DNA of 64,000 nucleotides from NCBI GenBank assembly GCA_965223545.1, contig OZ245006.1, forward strand, positions 864,001-928,000. Reading direction: 5' to 3'. The DNA is from Planctomycetota bacterium (GTDB taxonomy: Bacteria; Planctomycetota; UBA1135; UBA2386). This document shows positions 43,926-58,274 of the stretch, piece by piece; position 1 is the stretch's first letter; every line of letters begins with the position of its first letter. The position numbers and the translations under genes were made by a program. The notes below the pieces were generated by a model that saw only the letters and a list, made by a program, of their open reading frames with translations, was not told the DNA's origin and did no database searches.

Positions 43926-46910
43926 ATGATTGAGAACCCGCAACGTCAGGTCATCCTGATCGTGGTCGTCGCCCTGGTGGCGCTCTTCCTGTGTTGGAGC
44001 GAAGAGCCCAACCTCGGCCTCGACCTCGAGGGCGGCACGCAGCTGGTCTACGAGCTGCCGATCGAAGAGGCGATCAAGCAGAACCAGCTGGACGAGGACG
44101 CCGACCCGCAGGCGGTGATCCAGCAGACGCTCGCCATCATCGGCAACCGCATCGACCCCACCGGCGTGCGCGAGGCGGTGATCACGCAGCGCGGCGACCG
44201 TCAGTTCATGGTCGAGCTGCCGCGGGTGACGCGGGCCGAGGCCCAGCTGATCAAGAGCCAGATCCAGAATCTCGGCAAGCTCGAGATGCGCGCCCTGGCC
44301 GAAGACACCTACGCCAAGGACGGCGTGCAGTTCGACCTGGCCGAAGAGACCAGGCGGCTGCAGGAGTGGATGGACAAGGATGCCGCCGACGGCCGCACCA
44401 ACCGCGAGCGGCTGGCCGAAGACCCGCATCACATCCAGCAGTTCAACACCCTGCCGGCGACCAACGGCGGCCGCCAGAACCAGGAGCACTTCCTGTGGTA
44501 CGCCGCGCAGGTGCTCCCCTCGATGCGCGACCCGAGCCGCTGGGACCTCGCGTTCTCGCAGCACCCCCAGCGCACTTGGAACGTCGTCGCGGCGTTCACG
44601 CCGGCCGAGTTCGCCGCGGCCCCGCCCGCCGCCGAGGGCAACCAGAAGCCGTTCCTGGTCGAGCTCTACCCGATCAACCTGCACGAGGTGCACTTCACCG
44701 GCGAGGACATGGACGCCAACGCGGTGCGCGCCGGTCCCCACCCGGAGACCGGCGCACCGTCGGTGTACTACGGCCTGACCGGCACCAAGCAGACGGACTA
44801 CGCCGACTTCTCCGAGGAGTACATCGGCAAGCCGAGCGCGATCATCCTCAACCAGCTGGTGCAATCGGCGCCCTCCTTCCAGGGCCGCATCTTCGGCAAC
44901 GGCATCATCCAGGGCCAGTTCACCAACCCCGAGGCGCAGGCGCTGGCCAAGGTGATCCGCACCGGCTCGCTCAAGGTCAAGCCGGTGCCGATCTCGGACC
45001 GCACCATCGGTCCGACCCTCGGCGCCAAGTCGATCGAGCTCGGCCAGATCTCGATCGCGGTCGGCGGTGCGCTGGTGCTGATGTTCATCCTGGCCTACTA
45101 CCGGCTGGCCGGGCTGGTCGCGTTCGTCGGGCTGGCGCTCAACGTCTTCTTGATCTACGCCGCGGTGCTCTTCATCCGCGCCACGATCACCCTGCCCGGC
45201 ATCGCCGGCCTGGTGCTGACGATGGGCATGGCGGTCGACGCCAACATCCTGATCTACGAGCGCATCCGCGAGGAGCTGGCGCGCGGCAAGGACCTGCTGC
45301 GCGCCGGGCGCGCCGGCTTCGACCGGGCGATGGTGACCATCCTGGATGCCAACGTCACCACCTTCATCGCCGGCGTGGTGCTCTACAACGTCGGTGTCGG
45401 TCCGGTGCGCGGCTTCGCGGTCACGCTGATGATCGGCATCCTGACCACGCTGTTCACGGCGTTCTTCGTCAGCCGCGTCGTGTTCCACTACATGATCGAG
45501 CGCGAGGTGCTGAAGTCGTTCCAGGTCGCCGGCTGGTTCGACCGGCTGCGCTTCGACTTCGTGCGCGCCGGCAAGGTCGCGTTTTCGCTCAGCGTCGTCG
45601 CGGTACTGGTCGGTCTGGCGGTCACGCTCTGGGTGCCCGCCGACCGCAAGCTCGGCCTCGACTTCATGGGCGGGGCCGCGATGGAGCTGTCGCTGGCCGA
45701 GCCGCAGACGGCGCGCGGCCTCGAGCAACGCCTGCTCGACGACGACGAGTTCCGCTCGGAGTTCCCCAATCCGCTCGTGGCGACCATCGATGACGTCGAT
45801 GAAGCCGGGCAGTCCCGCTCCTTCTCGGTCAAGGTCAAGCTCAGCGAGGCGATGCGCGATCGCGTCACCGCGGAGAAGGCCGCCGCCCTCGAAGCGGGCG
45901 AGGATTACGAGCCTTTCTACAAGAGGCAGCTCAAGGAACTGCTCGCGCCGGTGCTCGTCGCCGATGCCTTCAGCCACGCCGAGTCGGTCGAGGTGCCCGG
46001 CGGCGCGCTCGAAGAAGCCGAAGTGCACGTCCACTTCACCTCCCCGGTCGAGGTGGAAGCCGCGCGCCAGCTCTTGGTGCAGCGCGTCAGCGAAGCCGCC
46101 ACCGTCGCTCCGCTCGACGATCCGGAGGCCACCCAGACCGATGCACTGCTGGTCAACTTTCCGGTCACGCCGGGCACTCCCCCAACGCAGCTGACCGCCG
46201 ACGTCACCGAGGCGCTGGACGGCCTACAGGACACCGCCGGCAACGAGGTCGCGCTGTCGGAACCGATCCCCAACGCGGAGGACATCAGCCCGCGCATGGT
46301 CGGGCAGCTGCGCATGTCGGCGATCGCCGCCATGCTGATCTCGCTGTTCCTGATCGTGATGTACATCCGGATCAGGTTCCACGAGTACAAGTACGGCTTC
46401 GCCGCGGTCGCGGCCCTGGTGCACGACGTGACCATCACGCTCAGCGTCGTCGTGCTCTTCAACTACCTCGGTCTGGTCAACGCCGAGATCGATCTGGCGA
46501 TGATCGCGGCGTTCCTGACGATCATCGGCTACTCGATCAACGACACGATCGTCATCTTCGACCGCATCCGCGAGAACGTGATGGACAACGAGCGGCTCGG
46601 CGAGAGCCGCGAGTCGTTCGGCGACCTGATCAACCGCTCGATCAACCAAACCCTGTCGCGCACCATCCTCACGTCGGGCACCACGCTGTTCGTGGTGCTG
46701 GCCCAGTTCTTGGTCAACCGGGGTTCCGGCAGTGCGCTGGAGGGCTTCTCCTTCGCCATGCTCGTCGGCATTCTGTTGGGCACCTACTCGACCATGTTCA
46801 TCGCCTCGCCGGTCGTACTCTGGCTGCGCAACCGGGAATCCGGTGGCTCCGCGGCCACCGGCGCCGATCCGGTGTCCAACCCCACGGCCAGCGTACCGGC
46901 CAACGCCTGA
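43926..46910 (+). CDS. secDF: Fused protein translocase SecDF
   Basis: LGLDLEGG, GMAVDANILIYERIREE, LGLDFMGG, GYSINDTIVIFDRIREN. Confidence 0.97.
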   Translation: MIENPQRQVILIVVVALVALFLCWSEEPNLGLDLEGGTQLVYELPIEEAIKQNQLDEDADPQAVIQQTLAIIGNRIDPTGVREAVITQRGDRQFMVELPRVTRAEAQLIKSQIQNLGKLEMRALAEDTYAKDGVQFDLAEETRRLQEWMDKDAADGRTNRERLAEDPHHIQQFNTLPATNGGRQNQEHFLWYAAQVLPSMRDPSRWDLAFSQHPQRTWNVVAAFTPAEFAAAPPAAEGNQKPFLVELYPINLHEVHFTGEDMDANAVRAGPHPETGAPSVYYGLTGTKQTDYADFSEEYIGKPSAIILNQLVQSAPSFQGRIFGNGIIQGQFTNPEAQALAKVIRTGSLKVKPVPISDRTIGPTLGAKSIELGQISIAVGGALVLMFILAYYRLAGLVAFVGLALNVFLIYAAVLFIRATITLPGIAGLVLTMGMAVDANILIYERIREELARGKDLLRAGRAGFDRAMVTILDANVTTFIAGVVLYNVGVGPVRGFAVTLMIGILTTLFTAFFVSRVVFHYMIEREVLKSFQVAGWFDRLRFDFVRAGKVAFSLSVVAVLVGLAVTLWVPADRKLGLDFMGGAAMELSLAEPQTARGLEQRLLDDDEFRSEFPNPLVATIDDVDEAGQSRSFSVKVKLSEAMRDRVTAEKAAALEAGEDYEPFYKRQLKELLAPVLVADAFSHAESVEVPGGALEEAEVHVHFTSPVEVEAARQLLVQRVSEAATVAPLDDPEATQTDALLVNFPVTPGTPPTQLTADVTEALDGLQDTAGNEVALSEPIPNAEDISPRMVGQLRMSAIAAMLISLFLIVMYIRIRFHEYKYGFAAVAALVHDVTITLSVVVLFNYLGLVNAEIDLAMIAAFLTIIGYSINDTIVIFDRIRENVMDNERLGESRESFGDLINRSINQTLSRTILTSGTTLFVVLAQFLVNRGSGSALEGFSFAMLVGILLGTYSTMFIASPVVLWLRNRESGGSAATGADPVSNPTASVPANA

Positions 46911-46967
46911 CGCCGGGCGGCGACGACCGCCTCGGCGGCGCCGCCGGCAGAGGCGCAAAGACCCGCC

Positions 46968-48638
46968 ATGGCCCAGTTCACGCCGCGATTCCCCGCCACC
47001 CTCGGTGGATTCGACAGCCGGCGGACCCCGGCCCTGCGCACCGATGTGCTGATCATCGGCGCCGGCATCGCCGGCAGCGCGGCGGCGCTGGCCGCCGCCG
47101 AGGCCGGCGCTTCGGTGCTGGTGCTCGCCAAGGGCAGCGACGAGGACACCAACACGGCATGGGCACAGGGGGGCGTTTCGGCGGTGATGCACGACGACGA
47201 CAGCACCGCACTGCACGTCCGCGACACGCTTTCCGTCGGCGCCGGCACCGCAGACCTGGAGGTCGCCGAAGACGTGGTTCGCGAGAGCGCGGGCGTGATC
47301 GCCTGGTTGCAGGCGATCGGCGTCGAGTTCGACCGCGATCCGGACGGCCAGATGCTGCTGTCGAGAGAAGGGGGGCACTCGGTGGACCGCGTCGTGCACC
47401 ACGGCGACGCCACCGGCGCGGCGATCCAGCACGCCCTGGTTCGCGCGGTCGAGACGCACGGCAACATCACGCGGCGCACAGGGGTGTTCGTGCGCGACTT
47501 GCTGGTGCACGACGGACGCTGCAACGGCGCCCTCGTCATGGTCGACGGAACGACCCTGGCCATCGAAGCCCGCGCCGTCGTGTTGGCGACCGGAGGTGCC
47601 GGCCAGATCTACCGCGAGACCACCAACCCGATCGGCGCGTGCGGCGACGGCGCCGCCCTGTGCTTCCGCGCCGGAGCCGCGCTCGCCGACCTCGAGTTCG
47701 TTCAGTTCCACCCGACCACGCTCTACATCGCGGGTGCGTCGCGGTTCCTGATCTCGGAGGTCGTCCGCGGCGCGGGCGCACGGCTCGTCGACCGCGACGG
47801 CGTGCGCTTCATGCTCGACCACCATCCCGCCGGCGAGCTGGCGCCGCGCGACGTGGTCAGCCGCGCGATCCTCGAGCGCATGGTGCAGACCGGGGACACG
47901 CACGTCTACCTCGACCTCAGCGGTATCGGCGAAGCCGCCCACCTGCGCTTCCCGACCATCTCGCGGATCTGCAGCGCGTTCGACCTCGACATCCAAAGCG
48001 ATCCCATCCCGGTCCGGCCCGGCGCGCACTACTTCATCGGCGGCGCCAGCACCGACCGCGACGGTGCCAGCACGGTCCCGGGCCTCTGGGTCGCCGGCGA
48101 GGCCGCCTGCACGGGGCTGCATGGCGCCAACCGTCTCGCCTCCAACAGCCTGCTCGAAGGCGCCGTCTTCGGCCAACGCGCCGGCATCGCCGCCGCGCAC
48201 GCCGCGCGCCAGCCCGGCCCCCCGTTGCCGCACGCGATTGCCGACCCGAACGGCACCGACAACGCACCGCGGCTACAGCTCGACGACATGCTCTACTCGC
48301 TGAAGAGCTTGATGTGGCGCAACGTCGGCCTGGCGCGCACGGCGGAGGGGCTCGACGAAGCCGCCCACCGGATCGGCCTCTGGCATCACTACTTGATGCG
48401 TGGACCCCGGCACACGATCCGCGCCCTCGAGCTGGCCAACATGCTGACGGTGTCGTCACTGGTCGCGCATGCCGCCTCACGCCGCGCCGAGAGCCGCGGC
48501 ACCCACTACCGCGCCGATCACACCCAACGCGACGACCAGCAATGGTGTCGGCGGCTGGTTCTGTCCCGCGCCGCCGATGGCAGCATCACGAGCACCCTCG
48601 GCCCCGCGCTCCCGCCCACCGACAAGCTACCGACCTGA
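46968..48638 (+). CDS. nadB: L-aspartate oxidase
   Basis: IIGAGIAG, AQGG, REGGHS, EFVQFHPT, ELAPRDVVSR, GLHGANRLASNSLLEG. Confidence 0.93.
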   Translation: MAQFTPRFPATLGGFDSRRTPALRTDVLIIGAGIAGSAAALAAAEAGASVLVLAKGSDEDTNTAWAQGGVSAVMHDDDSTALHVRDTLSVGAGTADLEVAEDVVRESAGVIAWLQAIGVEFDRDPDGQMLLSREGGHSVDRVVHHGDATGAAIQHALVRAVETHGNITRRTGVFVRDLLVHDGRCNGALVMVDGTTLAIEARAVVLATGGAGQIYRETTNPIGACGDGAALCFRAGAALADLEFVQFHPTTLYIAGASRFLISEVVRGAGARLVDRDGVRFMLDHHPAGELAPRDVVSRAILERMVQTGDTHVYLDLSGIGEAAHLRFPTISRICSAFDLDIQSDPIPVRPGAHYFIGGASTDRDGASTVPGLWVAGEAACTGLHGANRLASNSLLEGAVFGQRAGIAAAHAARQPGPPLPHAIADPNGTDNAPRLQLDDMLYSLKSLMWRNVGLARTAEGLDEAAHRIGLWHHYLMRGPRHTIRALELANMLTVSSLVAHAASRRAESRGTHYRADHTQRDDQQWCRRLVLSRAADGSITSTLGPALPPTDKLPT

Positions 48639-48661
48639 GCCGCTCCGTCCGCATCCGGCCA

Positions 48662-49951
48662 ATGACCCGCGCCACCGAATCCACTCAACTGGCACCGCCC
48701 GAGGCCATCCTCTGCGGACTCGCTCCCCACGGTGACCAGCGCACGGCGCCCGAGGTCTTGGGCGAGCTGCGCCGCCTGGCGGAGACCGGAAACTTCAAGA
48801 TCGCCGGCTGCGTCGCGCAGCACCGCCGCTCTCCCGACCCGAACACGTACTTCGGCACCGGCAAGCTGGAGGAGATCGCCGAGCTGATCCAGCAGGCGAA
48901 GGCGGACGTGCTGATCTGCGATCAATCGCTGAGCCCGGCGCAGGGGCGCAACATCGAGAAGATCGTCAAGGTCTCCGTCCTCGACCGCAGCGAGTTGATC
49001 CTTCACATCTTCGGCACGCACGCGCGCACCCCGCAGGCCAAGCTCCAGGTCGAGCTCGCGCGCCTTCAGTACCAGCTGCCGCGGCTCAAGCGGATGTGGA
49101 CCCACCTCGAACGCCAGCGCGGCGGCATCGGCCTGCGCGGCGGCGCGGGCGAGAAGCAGATCGACCTCGACCGCAGCGAGCTGCGCACCCGCATCGCGCA
49201 GATCAACAGGCAGCTGCACCGCATCGAGGGGCGCCGATCGCGCGAGGTCCAACGCCGCGCCGATCGGTTCACGGTCGCGCTCGTCGGCTACACCAACGCC
49301 GGCAAGTCGACGCTGATGAACCACCTCACCGATGCCGGGGTGTTGGCCGAGAACCGCTTGTTCTCGACCCTGGATACCCGCACGCGACCCTGGCGCCTCC
49401 CCGGTGGCCGCGTCGTCCTGCTCTCCGACACGGTCGGCTTCATCCGCGATCTGCCGCACCAGTTGGTCGCGAGCTTCCACGCCACCCTCGAAGAAGCGCT
49501 GCACGCCGACCTGCTGTTCCTCGTCGTCGACGCAGCCAGTCCGGAGGCCTTGGACCAGCTCGAGGCCGTCGACGAAGTGCTCGAACAGCTCGGCGCGCAC
49601 GCGATCGCAAGGATCACCATCCTCAACAAGGTCGATGCCGTGCACGAGCCCTCGCTGCTCGCCCGCTTCCACCACATCGACCCCACCGCAGTGCCGGTCT
49701 CGGCCGTCACCGGCGAAGGCATTCCACAGCTCGAGGCGCGACTCCTCGATCTGCTGAGCCACTCGGAAAGGCGCGTCGAGATTCTCGTGCCGCACACCGC
49801 GGGACGCCTGCACTCCGAGATTCGCCGCAACACCACCGTGCTGTCCGAGCTCTACACCGAAGAAGGCTGCCTGATGGAGTGCCTCGTCAGCCCGTCGCTC
49901 TTGGGTCGCCTGCTCTCGCAAGGCGCCACCCTGCACCGCAACGACGGCTGA
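48662..49951 (+). CDS. hflX: Ribosome-splitting GTPase HflX
   Basis: GTGKLEE, QVELARL, VGYTNAGKSTL, LFSTLD, DTVGFI, NKVD. Confidence 0.96.
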   Translation: MTRATESTQLAPPEAILCGLAPHGDQRTAPEVLGELRRLAETGNFKIAGCVAQHRRSPDPNTYFGTGKLEEIAELIQQAKADVLICDQSLSPAQGRNIEKIVKVSVLDRSELILHIFGTHARTPQAKLQVELARLQYQLPRLKRMWTHLERQRGGIGLRGGAGEKQIDLDRSELRTRIAQINRQLHRIEGRRSREVQRRADRFTVALVGYTNAGKSTLMNHLTDAGVLAENRLFSTLDTRTRPWRLPGGRVVLLSDTVGFIRDLPHQLVASFHATLEEALHADLLFLVVDAASPEALDQLEAVDEVLEQLGAHAIARITILNKVDAVHEPSLLARFHHIDPTAVPVSAVTGEGIPQLEARLLDLLSHSERRVEILVPHTAGRLHSEIRRNTTVLSELYTEEGCLMECLVSPSLLGRLLSQGATLHRNDG

Positions 49952-49983
49952 CGGCAGTTAGGCCGTACAGCGCCGGTTAAACG

Positions 49984-50015
49984 CGATCGGGCGAGCCATG
50001 TGGCTCGCCCGATCG
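49984..50015. terminator. Strong hairpin between convergent hflX and the rRNA operon
   Basis: 14-bp stem CGATCGGGCGAGCC/GGCTCGCCCGATCG with ATGT loop. Confidence 0.65.
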
Positions 50016-50043
50016 GTCAGCGCGTTGCTGTGTAGAAGAATGA

Positions 50044-50151
50044 GCCCGGCACGAACCTACTTTCGCCTTTCGACTATCATCGGCCCAGGCTGCTTGACGA
50101 CCGAGTTCGGGATGGGATCGGGTATTTCCAGCCAGGTATGGGCACCGGGCA
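50044..50151 (-). rRNA. rrf: 5S rRNA (short, ~108 nt)
   Basis: CCCATCCCGAACTCGG loop C motif, GATGATAGT..AAAGTAGG, paired GCCCGG/CCGGGC ends. Confidence 0.95.
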
Positions 50152-50278
50152 ATACGCATGCGTTCTCCGGGAGGACGCTTGGTGAGCGTCGTGCGCCGGA
50201 GAAGACGCATAGGGTGTGAGGAACGTCGCGAAGGCGGCGGTTTGCGCCGTCTTCGATCGAGAAGACCAAGGTGAGAAT

Positions 50279-53236
<2,958 letters not shown>

Positions 53237-53287
53237 TATATCCTCACGCGAGATCCTCTTGATCTCGACGATTCCTCACACCCTACT

Positions 53288-53298
53288 TGTCAAAGAGC
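53288..53298 (-). promoter_or_regulatory. boxA antitermination site in the 16S-23S spacer
   Basis: GCTCTTTGACA, identical to the leader copy. Confidence 0.7.
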
Positions 53299-53519
53299 TT
53301 CTCTGGCCGGGGCGCCGCGCGGGCACACCGGGCATGCAAACGCAGAGCTGCGAACGATGTCACAACCCTGCGTCCGAAGAAGATTGGATAGCCCCGAGGT
53401 CGCGTGTGCCCTGTGCTTCTCGGCACGTGCAGACGATCCGGCTGCCACTCGGCGCGCAGCCCTCTTGCGAGGGTCACGAACCGTGCTTGAGCCGGCGCTG
53501 GACGCGCCGGTTTCCTTAG

Positions 53520-55078
<1,559 letters not shown>

Positions 55079-55305
55079 TAGAAGTTCTGATCGGGATTCC
55101 GCAAGAGACAGCAGCACGACGAACGCACCGCTGCGCGAACCGCACCCGCAGGCACGGCGTCTCACGATCCCATTTTCTTGGTCGCCAAAACCACTCCACC
55201 AACCGCGACACCGCCACTCCCCGGCCGGAACCGGAACGCGGCAACGACGCAGCGGCAAAGGCCTTGGACGCTTTTGCTCACACGCTGTTTCGAGGCTATC
55301 CAGAA

Positions 55306-55316
55306 TGTCAAAGAGC
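55306..55316 (-). promoter_or_regulatory. boxA antitermination site in the rRNA leader
   Basis: GCTCTTTGACA next to the leader arm (GGATAGCCTCG) that pairs with the spacer. Confidence 0.7.
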
Positions 55317-55398
55317 CGGTCTCATCGCACATTCCAGCGCGCTACTCGGGCACGGGAGGGTGGGAGGGACCGTGGGTCCTCGCGAACGAGGGCGCAGG

Positions 55399-55427
55399 AA
55401 GGTAGCGGCCACACCCCACCAGCGCAA
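55399..55427 (-). promoter_or_regulatory. Candidate rRNA operon promoter
   Basis: TTGCGC-17 nt-TACCTT followed by a GC-rich discriminator. Confidence 0.55.
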
Positions 55428-55587
55428 GCGTCACGGGTGAAAAACCGCTCGGAGCCGCCGCGGCCGCACCGGGCGAGTCCCCGCGATCCGAGGCGGCGCC
55501 CCCGGGGGGGCCGCTCGAGCGCCCCGCGCCCCGCGGCTGGCGCCCTGCGACTCGCGGCTGGCGCCGGGGGGCTCGGCAACGGACCCG

Positions 55588-56820
55588 TCAGCGGGTGGCG
55601 CGGATCTCGATTTCGGCGCCGCGCGGCACGACCCTGAAGAAGTCCTCGATCGCCGCGTCGGCCAATCGCAGGCAGCCCGCCGACGCCATCGTCCCGATGC
55701 TCTCGGGTTCCGAGGTGCCGTGCGCCCCGAACCCGGTGAACGAGGGATGCTCGAACTTGACGAAATAGTCGCCGAGGACGTTGTCCGGATGGCCGTAGGG
55801 CACCACCCGCCCATCGGCGTACCAGTCGGGGCGCTCTTGCTTCGCGCCGATGGTGAAGGTCTCCTCCGGGGTGCAGTCGTCGGCACCGTGCCCGACCCAG
55901 TAGAAGCGGAAGATCACGTCCCCGACGTAGAGGGCCATCGAGTAGCTGCGCTTCTCCACCACCCCGCGGATCGGGTCCACGGGCACCTTGACCACTTGAC
56001 CGGCGCGCAGCCGCCGCGGGTCGGTGATCCGGTTGAAGGCGGCGATCGTGCCGGACTCGACGCGGACCCCCTGGCGGCGGAAGTCACGGGAGATGCGGTC
56101 GAGAACCTCGCCCGGCTGCACCTTGTGGGTGCGGGCACCCGTCACGTGCGCCGGGTTCAATACGGTGCGGCGGAGAGGCCGCTGCATCGCCGCCCACAGC
56201 TTGTCGACGCAACCCCGTGCAGCGGCGTCACCCTTGTCGATGCGGCCGCGCATCGCCACCTCGAGAAGCCCCGTCATCGCGCGCACCGCGACGTCGGCGT
56301 CGACCTCCTCGCAGCGCTCCAGCGCGATCTCGGCCGCGCGCCGCCCGGCCGGAGTGTGCAGGAAGTCGTTGCGCCGGCCGAACAAGGCCGGCAGCGAGGC
56401 GACCTCGACCGCGCGCACCGCTTCGACCAAGGTGCTTTCGAGAGCCGGGCTCGACTGCTTGCGCAACAACGAGAACCCGGCCGCGGCCGCCGTCCAGTTG
56501 CCCGCGCGCGCCGCCTCGACCACCGCCGCCGCTTGTCGATCCGCGACCGCCGGGGACTGGCCGGCGCCACCCGGCGCCCCCTCGGACCGGTCGCCCGCGG
56601 AACCGGGAGATTGGGTCATGCGCAGGTCGCGCTGCGGGGCGTCGGCCTCGGCCGGCCCCGTCGGCCCGGCGGGTAGAGCCGCCTCGCCCGCCTCGACCGG
56701 CACGCCCGCGGCAGTCGCCATCCCCGGCGCCTGCCCATCGTCCGGGGCACTGCCACCGAGCACGCTCCACAACACCCACAAGCCGGCGCCGAGCACGCCG
56801 ATCAGAATCAACCTCTGCAT
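55588..56820 (-). CDS. Membrane-anchored LysM + L,D-transpeptidase (YkuD) protein
   Basis: N-terminal TM; HKVQPGEVLDRIS..LRAGQ LysM; FGAHGT..IGTMASAGCLRL catalytic His/Cys. Confidence 0.88.
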   Translation of the reverse strand: MQRLILIGVLGAGLWVLWSVLGGSAPDDGQAPGMATAAGVPVEAGEAALPAGPTGPAEADAPQRDLRMTQSPGSAGDRSEGAPGGAGQSPAVADRQAAAVVEAARAGNWTAAAAGFSLLRKQSSPALESTLVEAVRAVEVASLPALFGRRNDFLHTPAGRRAAEIALERCEEVDADVAVRAMTGLLEVAMRGRIDKGDAAARGCVDKLWAAMQRPLRRTVLNPAHVTGARTHKVQPGEVLDRISRDFRRQGVRVESGTIAAFNRITDPRRLRAGQVVKVPVDPIRGVVEKRSYSMALYVGDVIFRFYWVGHGADDCTPEETFTIGAKQERPDWYADGRVVPYGHPDNVLGDYFVKFEHPSFTGFGAHGTSEPESIGTMASAGCLRLADAAIEDFFRVVPRGAEIEIRATR

Positions 56821-56929
56821 CCCAAGCCTCCGTTGAGGGGTCCGGCAGCCTCGCGGTCGCCGGCCCACACCGCCGACCTCCGCGGCCCTGCAGCACGCAG
56901 CCATACCACGGAGGAAGTCGAGGCTCCCC

Positions 56930-57128
56930 CACCGCATGCACCGTGCGGTGGGTCATGCAAGTTGAACCCTTGCGAACAAGGTGGGGACCCCCAGGGGAAT
57001 TTGGACCGTATCGCGGAGTTCCGCGACGTCCGCCTTACCCACAGGGTCGGCCCCCGGAGGGAGAGCATCGGTTCAACTTTTGCTGCACCCAGCGACCACG
57101 CGTGCCGCAGTGCGAGAGCATCGGCTTG
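56930..57128 (-). ncRNA. ssrS: 6S RNA
   Basis: Long rod: TGCGG/CCGCA, TGGGT/ACCCA, AAGTTGAACC/GGTTCAACTT, central bubble with CCCACCTTG, inner GGGGCC/GGTCCC stem; promoter upstream. Confidence 0.75.
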
Positions 57129-57135
57129 GTGATCT

Positions 57136-57163
57136 AGACTATCCCGGCGCCGGCGTCAGGCAA
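57136..57163 (-). promoter_or_regulatory. Candidate promoter of the 6S RNA
   Basis: TTGCCT-16 nt-TAGTCT about 7 nt upstream of the predicted 5' end. Confidence 0.5.
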
Positions 57164-57263
57164 CCTCTCGCGGAGTGCCAATCGGAGTTTCCAGCCGCGG
57201 CTCCGTTGCCGTCGCGACCCACTCGGTTTCTTGGTGCGGCCCCGGCCGCGGTGAGAAGCTCCG

Positions 57264-58274
57264 CTACCAAGGGTGCTGCGCGACGCTGTCCAGGATGCGC
57301 TGGGCAACTTCGAGCGCGGCCACTCCGTCCTCGCCACTGACCAACGGCCGCGTGCGCTCGCGCACGCAGGTCAAGAACGCATCCAGCTGGTCGGCCAACG
57401 GGTTGCCCTGATCGAGGGCGTACTGCTCCACGGAGAGCAGGCCCTCGAAAACGTACTTCCAGAGGTTGTCGATCTTGCCCGGGTCGATGGCGGCGACGTC
57501 CAGCTTCTGGAGGTCCCAGCCCTCGTTCTTGCGGATGACCACGCCGTGCGCCTCGTGGAAGTCGAGGCTGGCGTAGGAGTCCTTCGAGAACAGACGCATC
57601 CGCCGCATCGGCTTCAGCGCGACCCGGCTCGCGGTCAAATGCGCGACCGCTCCGTTCTCGAACTTGAGGATCGCGCTGCACATGTCCTCGGCCGGCGTGA
57701 ACAAGGCACCACCGAACGCCTCGACCGCGCGCACCGGCGAATCCACCACCGACAGCACCAAGTCGAGGTCGTGGATCATCAAATCCAGCACCACCCCGAT
57801 GTCCATGCTGCGGAAGGTCAGCGCGCCGAGCCGCTGTGCCTCGATGTAGCGCGGTTGCAGGCGCAGGTCGCCGATCGACTTGACCGCCGAGTTGAAGCGT
57901 TCGACGTGGCCGACCTGCAGAATCCGTCCGCCACTGGCCGCCAGCTGGACCAGCTCTCGGCCCTGATCCAGGGTCAGCGCGATCGGCTTCTCCACCAGGA
58001 CGTCGACACCCTCGGCCAAGAAGGACCCTGCGACCTCGTGATGCCCGCTGGTCGGCACCGCGACACAGACCGCCTCGACGCGTCCGCGCAGCTCGGTGTA
58101 GTCCTCGTGCACCGCGACACCGTGGGTTTCCGCCGCAGCCGCGCGCGCCTCCGGCTTGCTGTCGGCGATGGCCACCAGCTCGGCGCGCGGGTTGGCGGCC
58201 AACAGGCGCGCGTGGTGACGGCCCAGATGACCGAACCCCACCACGCCGATCCGCACCGGCTCGTGCTCAGGCAT
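57264..58274 (-). CDS. Gfo/Idh/MocA oxidoreductase, GnnA-like (UDP-GlcNAc 3-dehydrogenase candidate)
   Basis: GVVGFGHLG, LVEKPIA, QVGHVERFN, DLMIHDLD; coupled to lpxC-fabZ. Confidence 0.8.
   Translation of the reverse strand: MPEHEPVRIGVVGFGHLGRHHARLLAANPRAELVAIADSKPEARAAAAETHGVAVHEDYTELRGRVEAVCVAVPTSGHHEVAGSFLAEGVDVLVEKPIALTLDQGRELVQLAASGGRILQVGHVERFNSAVKSIGDLRLQPRYIEAQRLGALTFRSMDIGVVLDLMIHDLDLVLSVVDSPVRAVEAFGGALFTPAEDMCSAILKFENGAVAHLTASRVALKPMRRMRLFSKDSYASLDFHEAHGVVIRKNEGWDLQKLDVAAIDPGKIDNLWKYVFEGLLSVEQYALDQGNPLADQLDAFLTCVRERTRPLVSGEDGVAALEVAQRILDSVAQHPW

Noticed and set aside
56821..57263. tmRNA, RNase P RNA, riboswitch or small ORF as the explanation for this spacer
   Set aside because: No tRNA-like ends or GAGGAAAGUCC motif; the rod-plus-bubble pairing fits 6S RNA better
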